A DNA stretch of 32,000 bases from Candidatus Saccharimonadota bacterium (GTDB taxonomy: Bacteria > Patescibacteriota > Saccharimonadia > Saccharimonadales > UBA4665). The notes beneath the pieces were generated by a model that was not told the DNA's origin, ran no database searches, and saw only the letters and a program-made list of their open reading frames with translations. Shown in pieces: positions 1 to 6,345 of this stretch (within the stretch, counting starts at the first letter, position 1; every line of letters starts with the position of its first letter). The translations under genes and the position numbers were made by a program. The stretch covers positions 540,001 through 572,000 of the forward strand of contig OY970322.1 of NCBI GenBank assembly GCA_963716945.1. Reading direction: 5' to 3'.

Positions 1-28
1 AGTTATTACAGTCGATTAAAGCGAACAT
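1..28 (-). CDS. Y-family (UmuC-like) translesion DNA polymerase; only the first 9 codons are in the window, and the gene runs off the left edge
   Basis: An ATG at 28..26 directly abuts the TAA stop (31..29) of the UmuD-like gene. The reverse complement of 1..28 reads MFALIDCNN, which matches the conserved MFAL.D.N.FY N-terminus of UmuC-type polymerases. Only 9 aa are visible. Confidence 0.5.
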
Positions 29-385
29 TTAAACGTATTGGTGGATAATAGCCGTTACCACGCCCCAGACCTCGTCCCTATCGCTTAGCTGCCGCTGCCG
101 GCAAAGCGTGGAGCCGTCTTCGTGCCAAACAATTACCAGGTCGGCCGCCCGCGGCGTCCTGGCCCGGTCGATAACGGCTACATCACCGTCATAGACACCT
201 TGGTCGCTCCAGTGGTGCCCGGCTACCCGGAATAAATACGTGCTGCTGGGATGCTTGATGAGCAGCTGGTTGAGGTCCAGGGCTAGGCGTCCGCCTTGCC
301 CTCGCCGGTCCAGTGCCGGGTTGGGAAAGCCACTGTGCACCGACACTCCGTCGCCGTCGGCCATAGCTGAAAAACCGTCGTCCAT
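29..385 (-). CDS. UmuD-like S24 (LexA/UmuD) peptidase-fold protein with both catalytic dyad positions substituted
   Basis: A gap-free by-eye alignment to E. coli UmuD covers GFPNPA..LDLNQLLIKHPSSTYLFRVAGHHWSDQGVYDGDVAVID against [44 protein letters not shown]. AGGAG (398..394) lies 8 nt upstream of the ATG. GDSM is GHHW here, and the only Lys in the protein is in LLIKHP. Confidence 0.8.
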   Translation of the reverse strand: MDDGFSAMADGDGVSVHSGFPNPALDRRGQGGRLALDLNQLLIKHPSSTYLFRVAGHHWSDQGVYDGDVAVIDRARTPRAADLVIVWHEDGSTLCRQRQLSDRDEVWGVVTAIIHQYV

Positions 386-404
386 AAAGCTGTCTCCTGC
401 TTAC

Positions 405-545
405 TCATGTTTCGACCAGCGTGTATTCGTGGCCCTTGTAGATTAACCGCTTGGGGTAGCTTTCGAACCGCACCTGGTTCGAGTCATGCCGGAAACGGAC
501 ACCGGCGATTTGAATTTCTTTTTCCTTTAGAATAGTTGCTTCCAT
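405..545 (-). CDS. Small hypothetical protein of 46 aa (MEATILKEKEIQIAGVRFRHDSNQVRFESYPKRLIYKGHEYTLVET), first gene of the umuD-like/umuC-like operon
   Basis: Hand translation gives an ATG at 545 and a TGA at 407..405; it falls below the ORF-track length cut-off. AGGAG (558..554) sits 8 nt upstream of the ATG, the same SD and spacing as the next gene, and the stop is 19 nt before the umuD-like ATG. No family was recognised. Confidence 0.5.
   Translation of the reverse strand: MEATILKEKEIQIAGVRFRHDSNQVRFESYPKRLIYKGHEYTLVET
463..482. repeat. Perfect inverted repeat TCGAACC-N6-GGTTCGA, inside the 46-aa ORF and 78 nt upstream of the umuD-like ATG
   Basis: Read directly from the sequence: tcgaacc gcacct ggttcga. 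The half-sites equal those of the Gram-positive/actinobacterial SOS box (TCGAAC-N4-GTTCGA), but the GAAC..GTTC spacing is 8 rather than 4. Confidence 0.5.
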
Positions 546-587
546 GGTTCAAACTCCTGATCGTTAGTAATAAAAATAGAAACTGAC

Positions 588-659
588 AGAGGCCAGTAAA
601 CGGGTTTCGGGTTGAAGCTTCTTAACCAGGGGCGCCGCTACCGTTCGGAGCTGGCCTCT
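588..659. repeat. Nested inverted repeats forming a possible ~72-nt structured RNA element; function unknown
   Basis: The outer stem is 9 bp, agaggccag (588..596) with ctggcctct (651..659). An inner 5-bp stem pairs aacgg (599..603) with ccgtt (641..645). A further pairing is ggtt (610..613) with aacc (624..627). On the minus strand the structure is followed by GTCAGTTTCTATTTTTATTA. Confidence 0.35.
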
Positions 660-796
660 ATAGGTTGGAAACTAAAGTTTGAACTCTGGAAGAAAACAGG
701 GACCGAAGTGTATCTTCTTATATATAAGTCTGTGAAGTAAATGCTAGGCAAGTCCCCACATGGCTAATGTTTATTATACACGACTGTCAACCGTGT

Positions 797-1480
797 TTAG
801 TGATCGGTCAGGCCCAGGGTGTCGCGGAGAGCGGCGTCCATGGCCGAGGCCAGTTCCGGGTCCGTATCGGGGTGGTCGACGCCGTTTTTGACAGCCTTGG
901 CCCGTTCGAGTGTCCGGCCGGCTTCATGGACCGCGACGTCTATCGATAACGGGTCGCCGGTCCGGCGTAAGGCGTCTATGGTGCTTTGGGCGATGCCGGG
1001 CGTATCTTGATAACTGTCAAAGCCCTCGGGATTAAACGGTTCAAACCCGGTGAGGGTGATTGGATTCAGGTCTTCGCCGGCGGTAAACTTTCTGATTTGA
1101 AAAGGCCGGCCGTCCCAGTAGCCGGAGTTGCCCGCCGCAACCTCTACCTTGCCGTTAAACCTTGAAAACTCAAGGTAAAAATCCCTTTCGCTCCTATAGT
1201 GAGTATTCGGGCCGGCTTGAACCCTTAACAGCTTTGACAGGAAACTCTGTTCCGGCTCCGCGCTAACCTCGGCGATCCCGGTTACCAGATCAGCGTGAAG
1301 CTCGCTAAGGTCTTGCTCGCCGATTGGCTGGTGGCCAAAAAAGCCGCTGCCTAGGGGCGCGCAGGCAATTTTTAAAGCTATCATGGTGCTGCTGAGAGCC
1401 AAGTCTTCAATATATACCAAGCCGGCTTCTCTCGCCTGCTCGTCTCGCTCTCGGGAATAAAGCTGCTCAACAGTAGACAT
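797..1480 (-). CDS. Hypothetical cytoplasmic acidic protein, 227 aa, no recognisable family
   Basis: A long ORF with GC-rich codon usage like its neighbours. It has no signal peptide or TM segment. It has its own consensus promoter abutting the ATG. Confidence 0.7.
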   Translation of the reverse strand: MSTVEQLYSRERDEQAREAGLVYIEDLALSSTMIALKIACAPLGSGFFGHQPIGEQDLSELHADLVTGIAEVSAEPEQSFLSKLLRVQAGPNTHYRSERDFYLEFSRFNGKVEVAAGNSGYWDGRPFQIRKFTAGEDLNPITLTGFEPFNPEGFDSYQDTPGIAQSTIDALRRTGDPLSIDVAVHEAGRTLERAKAVKNGVDHPDTDPELASAMDAALRDTLGLTDH

Positions 1481-1487
1481 TTAGAAT

Positions 1488-1516
1488 ATTATACACAATA
1501 TCCTATTAAAAGTCAA
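1488..1516 (-). promoter_or_regulatory. Sigma-70-type promoter TTGACT-17-TATAAT, with the -10 ending 7 nt before the ATG at 1480 (leaderless geometry)
   Basis: The minus strand reads TTGACT (1516..1511), a 17-nt spacer, TATAAT (1493..1488), then attctaa and the ATG. There is no SD. Confidence 0.65.
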
Positions 1517-1527
1517 ATATATGCAGG

Positions 1528-1944
1528 CTATTTGATGGTGTTGAGGAAGTCGACCAGTTCGTGGGGCGTCAGTTCGGCCTTGACCAGGTAGCCGTCGGCC
1601 TGCTTCTCGATGTCGGCCCGGACATCTTCGCGTTGCTCGAGATTGGTGGTGACGACGATTTTGGCCCGTATCGGCGGTACGCGGGCCGGGTCGCGCAGGA
1701 CGCGCAAGATCTCGATACCGGATACGGTCGGTATCATCAGGTCGAGCAGGATGATGTCATATTTGTCGGTTTCGGCGGCCGCCAGGGCTTCTTTACCGTC
1801 GGCTATCGTCTCGACTTCGTAGCCGCCCTTGGTCAGGGCACGGGTGTAAAGCTCGCTGATGAAGTGCTCGTCCTCGATACAGAGGACCTTGCGGCCGGCG
1901 GCCGGCGCGGCCGGGCTGATGGGGGTTGCGGAGGGCGGTTCCAT
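1528..1944 (-). CDS. Stand-alone response-regulator receiver (CheY-like) protein with no output domain
   Basis: Receiver-domain pattern: VLCIEDE..., DIILLDLMIP (phospho-acceptor Asp), VVTT, and GYLVKA (conserved Lys). A 17-aa Pro/Ala-rich N-terminal extension precedes it. Confidence 0.85.
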   Translation of the reverse strand: MEPPSATPISPAAPAAGRKVLCIEDEHFISELYTRALTKGGYEVETIADGKEALAAAETDKYDIILLDLMIPTVSGIEILRVLRDPARVPPIRAKIVVTTNLEQREDVRADIEKQADGYLVKAELTPHELVDFLNTIK

Positions 1945-1951
1945 GTTTATT

Positions 1952-1960
1952 ACTTTATCA
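1952..1960 (-). promoter_or_regulatory. Extended -10 element TGATAAAGT, 7 nt upstream of the response-regulator ATG
   Basis: The minus strand reads aatcaTGATAAAGTaataaacATG. There is no SD and no good -35. Confidence 0.35.
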
Positions 1961-1972
1961 TGATTAGCGGTT

Positions 1973-3514
1973 TTAGCGGCGGTAAAGCGAGTGGTTCTTA
2001 ATCCAGCCGTGGGCGCCGCGGGTGATTTCCTGGTCGCCGTTCTGCTTGACCTTCTCCGCCAGCTGGGCGTAAGGCACGAGGGTGAAGCCGAAGGTGCTGC
2101 CCTCGCCTTCTTTGCTGCGGACCCAGAGGCTGCCGCCGTGGGCCGTGATAATGGCTTTGCTGAGGTAAAGGCCCAGGCCGGTACCGCCGATTTGGGCGCG
2201 GTTGCGGTGGTCGCGATAGAATTTAGTGAACAGGTTCGGCAGGATGCTGGTCGGGATGCCGAGGCCGAAGTCCTGGACGGTGGTTTCGACTAGGCCTTCC
2301 TGGTTGAGGTAGGTGTCGATTTTGATGACCTTGCTGGTGCCGCTGTACTTGATGGCGTTGTCGATGAGGTTGTTGATGACTTCGCGGATGCTTAACTTGT
2401 CGATGCCGACCGGCGGCAGGTCGCGGGCGATGCTGCATTTGAGGGTGATGTCGCGGACTTTGGCGCGCAGGCTGATCATTTCGATTGAACTTTTGAGCGT
2501 GCTGCTCCAATCTTCCGATTGGAGCTTGAGCTCCAGCTGGTCGTCATCGACGCGGGCGACATTCAGAATGTTATTCACAAAGTCTGTTAGCTGCTCGGCC
2601 TGGGCGCGCATTTTGAGCATAAAGCTCTTGAGCTCGGGATCGGTTATGGTTTGCCCTATTTCGTCCTCGAAAACTTCTATGTAGCCGCGCAGTAAGGTCA
2701 GCGGCGTGCGCAGTTCGTGGACGCTCAAGGCAATGAAACTGATGGCCTGGTCGTCCTGGCTGTACTCCTTGGTATGGTCAAACAGGACGATCATCGTCTC
2801 GTTGTGGTCGGGGTTGTCGCGGTTGTAGTAAGCGGCTAGGTCGAATAATCGGGCCGGGTGGTTATCGCGGACGTTAAGCCGGACCCGTTCCCACGTGGAA
2901 ACGGCCGTGGCGGTTTTGGTCTTGACGGATTTTAGCCAGCTGTCAAAGGTGGCCTCGCTGGGAAACGACATGTCCATTACCATATAGACGTTCTTGCCGA
3001 CCATGTCGCCAGCGGCGATGCCGGTGTAGCGCGCGGCGGCTTCGTTGGCGTAGCGGATGGTTTCGGTGGCGTCCATCAGGATGAGCGGCAGCGGCAGGTT
3101 CTGGGCGATGAAATTTTCATGCAAATCACTAGCGTGGCGGTTGAGTTCCTGCTTGGCCTGGTCGGCGCTGCTGACCAGTTGGTAAATCCGGGCCGTCAGG
3201 TTGGCCACCAGGTCGCGTCCGAGGTGCAGGCTCTCGAAGTTGGGCGCGGCCGTTCCCTGGTCGGTCGGGCTGAGGTGCAGGACGGCCTGCCAGACGGCCT
3301 TGAGCGGCTGGGTCAGATGGTTCCCGAGGCTGGTGGCTATAAGAGTGGTTTCCAAGCCGGCTAGGACTACGAGCAGGACAAGCAGCTCCGGGCCGTTCAA
3401 TCCCAATATCTTGTTGCCTAGCCACCAGCCGCCGATTAGGACGCCGTTATCGATCAGAACGACTATAAATATACGCAGCTTGGTCTGGCGGATGAGGTTG
3501 TGCAGGTAGTCCAT
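1973..3514 (-). CDS. Membrane sensor histidine kinase (2 TM helices, PAS, HisKA, HATPase_c)
   Basis: H-box SVHELRTPLT, N-box LIDNAIKY, G1 DFGLGI, G2 GTGLGL. A PAS-like segment (PLILMDATETIRYANEAAARYTGI) and two N-terminal hydrophobic helices are present. Confidence 0.9.
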   Translation of the reverse strand: MDYLHNLIRQTKLRIFIVVLIDNGVLIGGWWLGNKILGLNGPELLVLLVVLAGLETTLIATSLGNHLTQPLKAVWQAVLHLSPTDQGTAAPNFESLHLGRDLVANLTARIYQLVSSADQAKQELNRHASDLHENFIAQNLPLPLILMDATETIRYANEAAARYTGIAAGDMVGKNVYMVMDMSFPSEATFDSWLKSVKTKTATAVSTWERVRLNVRDNHPARLFDLAAYYNRDNPDHNETMIVLFDHTKEYSQDDQAISFIALSVHELRTPLTLLRGYIEVFEDEIGQTITDPELKSFMLKMRAQAEQLTDFVNNILNVARVDDDQLELKLQSEDWSSTLKSSIEMISLRAKVRDITLKCSIARDLPPVGIDKLSIREVINNLIDNAIKYSGTSKVIKIDTYLNQEGLVETTVQDFGLGIPTSILPNLFTKFYRDHRNRAQIGGTGLGLYLSKAIITAHGGSLWVRSKEGEGSTFGFTLVPYAQLAEKVKQNGDQEITRGAHGWIKNHSLYRR

Positions 3515-3520
3515 GGGGGC

Positions 3521-4852
3521 TTAAGGCGTGTAGCTGACCTTGCCAGTGCTGCTGACGGCGGTTAACCAGGTTTGGCCGGCATTGAATTTAATCGGCTGGC
3601 CGGCGCCGTTGGCGAATGTGATTTGGCTGCCGTTGGTGCTTTTGGTCCAGGTACCGGTAGTTACCGTACCGTCTTGAAATACATAGACCGGCCCGCTGCC
3701 GATGCTGGCATAGTCCGAATAATAGGCGCCGCTGCTGTCCAGGGCGCCGTTGCTCTCCGGGATAACCATGGCCACGACTACCCGCGGGCTGATCTGGGTA
3801 TTGGTGTTGGCATCGATCTGGGGTGCGCCTCCTTCGCTGCGGTTATAGGTGTTGGTAGCTGCCACGTAGTCATAGTGGACATTGTAGGCGGCTCCGGAAA
3901 GCGTCAGATTGATGCTGCCGGCTGTCGGCTGCTTGACCGCGGCGTCGGCCTTGCGCGGGAAGCCGGTGAAGTTGCTGCTGGTGTAGCCTTTGCTGTCTTC
4001 TAGCTGGTTGAGCCTGGCTATTGAGGTATAGACGTTGTGCGGTGCCTGGCGGCTGGAGATGCGCTGGTAATAAGCACTGTTGGCGAACTGGTCCAAGTCG
4101 CGGGCGTTCCAGCCTTTCAAATCGATTAAGGCGTCGGGGCTGCCGCCGACATGAGCGTAGCCGGCATCAAAGCCCAAGGCCCACTGAATATAGTACGGCC
4201 GGGCGCTGCGGATCGGGCCGACGCTGCTGGGGCTGGTGTCCTGATAAAGGGCCAAGAACCGGGTAATCCCGCCTTCGGCAACAGCCTCGAACACTACCAT
4301 AGCCTGGCCTAATCCTGATTGCGGCCTGGCCTCGGTGCTGTTCTCGATCATGACGCCGGTTACCGGCAATTTGTTAAGGCTGGGGTCGACCTGCAGGCCG
4401 CTGAGGTTCGAGGCGACGGTCGAGGGAGCTTGCGGTTTAATAACTTGTTTGACGGCGTGAGGAGCGGGGTTTTTGGCATGGTGGCGGGTGGCTATAAATA
4501 GGCCGCCAGCCAAGCCCAGCAAGACCACGACGGCGATGACTGACCACTCTTTCTTGCCGGGGGGCCAGCTCAGCTTAAGCTTTTGGCGCCAGCCTGATGC
4601 GGCAGGCTCTTCGGCCGGAGTGGCGGCCTGCTCTCGGATTGCCTCCGGACTTTCTCCGGTCGGTTGAGGCTGTTCCTCGGTTACTGCTTCGCCATCCGAA
4701 ACTAGCTCCATATCCTCGTCTTCATCGGGCGCGAGGCTACGGTCCGTTTCAACCGTGGTCGGCTGCTTGGTTTCCGGGAAAATATACGGCTTATTTTGGC
4801 CGGATTCGGCCGGCCGTTTAGACGGCCTGAAGTCGCTATCCATACTCTCCAT
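3521..4852 (-). CDS. DUF3048 (YerB-like) domain protein, membrane-anchored, with an acidic disordered N-terminus
   Basis: GVMIENSTEARPQSGL...VFEAVAEGGITRFLALYQD...PIRSARPYY is the characteristic DUF3048 core. One TM segment (WSVIAVVVLLGLAGGLFIA) is present. The true start may be the ATG at 4843 (see the promoter at 4851..4859). Confidence 0.8.
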   Translation of the reverse strand: MESMDSDFRPSKRPAESGQNKPYIFPETKQPTTVETDRSLAPDEDEDMELVSDGEAVTEEQPQPTGESPEAIREQAATPAEEPAASGWRQKLKLSWPPGKKEWSVIAVVVLLGLAGGLFIATRHHAKNPAPHAVKQVIKPQAPSTVASNLSGLQVDPSLNKLPVTGVMIENSTEARPQSGLGQAMVVFEAVAEGGITRFLALYQDTSPSSVGPIRSARPYYIQWALGFDAGYAHVGGSPDALIDLKGWNARDLDQFANSAYYQRISSRQAPHNVYTSIARLNQLEDSKGYTSSNFTGFPRKADAAVKQPTAGSINLTLSGAAYNVHYDYVAATNTYNRSEGGAPQIDANTNTQISPRVVVAMVIPESNGALDSSGAYYSDYASIGSGPVYVFQDGTVTTGTWTKSTNGSQITFANGAGQPIKFNAGQTWLTAVSSTGKVSYTP

Positions 4853-4859
4853 TGTAACA
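4851..4859 (-). promoter_or_regulatory. Extended -10 element TGTTACAAT, 7 nt upstream of the second in-frame ATG (4843) of the DUF3048 gene
   Basis: The minus strand reads gtTGTTACAATggagagtATG. The same 9-mer and spacing occur at 19217..19209. It overlaps the first ATG (4852), which argues for 4843 as the start. Confidence 0.35.
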
Positions 4860-4872
4860 ACGCTTATGCTAA

Positions 4873-6309
4873 TCAGCTAGAGGCTAAGGCCGACAATTGG
4901 CTGTCAAGGCGCGACAGGCTGCGCTCTTTGCCTAGCACGGCCAGGCTGTCGGCCAAGGCCGGACTGGCTGCCGCCTGGGTGGTAGCGATCCGGATCAGAC
5001 TGAATAGGACCACCGGTTTTTGGCCGGTTTGTTCAAGCAGGCGGTTGAGGCGCTGCGTCAGGTCGCCCGCCGAGAAATCACTGTCTGCCAGCGCGGCTTT
5101 AGCCTGCTCCAGCATAGCTTTCAAATCGTTGTTTGACAGCTTCTTAAGCTGTTTGTGCTGGCCGATAAGCTCCGGATTGACCGGCCGGTCGACGAAGAAG
5201 AAATCTGTCAGCTCCGGCAGTTCGGCGAAGTATTTGAGGCGTTCCTGGACCAGACCGAGCACTTGCTTTTTGTAGGCCTCGTCGTAATCGGCAGCTTCGG
5301 GGGGCCAGAACCCGGCAACGTGTTCATACAGGTTATCCGGCGCCATCTGCCTTATCCAGACACCGTTCATCCAGCTTAGGCGGCGCTCATCGAAATGCGC
5401 CCCGCCGCGTTGGACCCGGTCGAGCCTGAACTTGTCGATTAACTCCTGACGCGAAAAAATCTCCTGTTCGGTACCGTCATTCCAGCCCAGGCTGGCGATG
5501 AAGTTAACCAGCGCGTCCGGCAGGAAGCCGTCGCGAATGTAGTCCAGTACGTCTTTGGCGCCATCGCGTTTGCTGAGCTTCTTCTTGCCGTCCGGACCCA
5601 GGATGTGCGGTACGGTCGCCAGTATTGGCGGCTCCAGCCCCAGCGCTTCGTAAAGATTTAGGTAATTCGGCACACTGGCCGTAAACTCTTGGCCGCGGAT
5701 GACGTGCGTGATGCGCATTTCGCTGTCGTCGACGATATGGGCGAAGTTATAGGTCGGGTAGCCGTCGGACTTGATAAGGATGAAGTCGTCTACTACCTCG
5801 GGCCCGGTCGATAGGTCGCCCAGTATGGCGTCGTGCCATTTGTAGGGCTTGGGCTCCGATTTGAAACGCAGCGGCTGGCTGCCGTCCCAGGCCGGCGGCG
5901 CATCGGGCCGGTGGTTACGGTATAAGAAGGGTCGCTTGCCGGCTTGGGCCTGCTCGCGGAAGGCCTGCACTTCCTCCGGCGTATAGGGATCGGCATAAGC
6001 CCGCCCGGCCTCAACCAGTTTGCGTGCCCAGGTCTGGTAAACATCAAGCCGTTCACTCTGGCGGTACGGTCCGTATGGTCCTTCCTTGTCAGGCCCTTCG
6101 TCATAGTCCAGGCCGAGTGCCCGCAAACTATCCAGGACGTGACGGTCGGAGCCGGCGGCTTCACGCTTTTTGTCGGTGTCTTCCAGCCGCAGTACGAACT
6201 GGCCGCGGCCCTGCCGGGCTACTAGCCACGCAAAAACGGCGGTCCTGATACCGCCGACATGCAAAAATCCGGTCGGACTGGGCGCGAAACGGGTACGCAC
6301 TGTTTTCAT
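4873..6309 (-). CDS. gltX: Glutamate--tRNA ligase
   Basis: RFAPSPTGFLHVGGIRTA (HIGH-type motif), KLSKRDG (KMSKS-type motif), and full-length class I GluRS architecture. Confidence 0.93.
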   Translation of the reverse strand: MKTVRTRFAPSPTGFLHVGGIRTAVFAWLVARQGRGQFVLRLEDTDKKREAAGSDRHVLDSLRALGLDYDEGPDKEGPYGPYRQSERLDVYQTWARKLVEAGRAYADPYTPEEVQAFREQAQAGKRPFLYRNHRPDAPPAWDGSQPLRFKSEPKPYKWHDAILGDLSTGPEVVDDFILIKSDGYPTYNFAHIVDDSEMRITHVIRGQEFTASVPNYLNLYEALGLEPPILATVPHILGPDGKKKLSKRDGAKDVLDYIRDGFLPDALVNFIASLGWNDGTEQEIFSRQELIDKFRLDRVQRGGAHFDERRLSWMNGVWIRQMAPDNLYEHVAGFWPPEAADYDEAYKKQVLGLVQERLKYFAELPELTDFFFVDRPVNPELIGQHKQLKKLSNNDLKAMLEQAKAALADSDFSAGDLTQRLNRLLEQTGQKPVVLFSLIRIATTQAAASPALADSLAVLGKERSLSRLDSQLSALASS

Positions 6310-6316
6310 CAGCCTT

Positions 6317-6322
6317 ATTATA
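6317..6322 (-). promoter_or_regulatory. Perfect -10 hexamer TATAAT, 7 nt upstream of the gltX ATG
   Basis: The minus strand reads ttctctTATAATaaggctgATG. The -35 is weak (TTTCCC). Confidence 0.4.
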
Positions 6323-6345
6323 AGAGAAAACCGCCTACAGGGAAA

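Noticed and set aside
773-790. Perfect TTGACA and perfect TATAAT on the minus strand, considered as a single consensus promoter
   Set aside because: The two hexamers are only 6 nt apart rather than 16-18, so they cannot function together. They are kept only as an oddity within the 546..796 finding.
1561-2001. 146-aa plus-strand ORF, and the 1610..1822 ORF, opposite the response-regulator gene
   Set aside because: These are antisense shadow ORFs of a GC-rich gene. The products are low-complexity and Arg/Gly-rich, they have no start-site signals, and the opposite strand carries a clear receiver domain.
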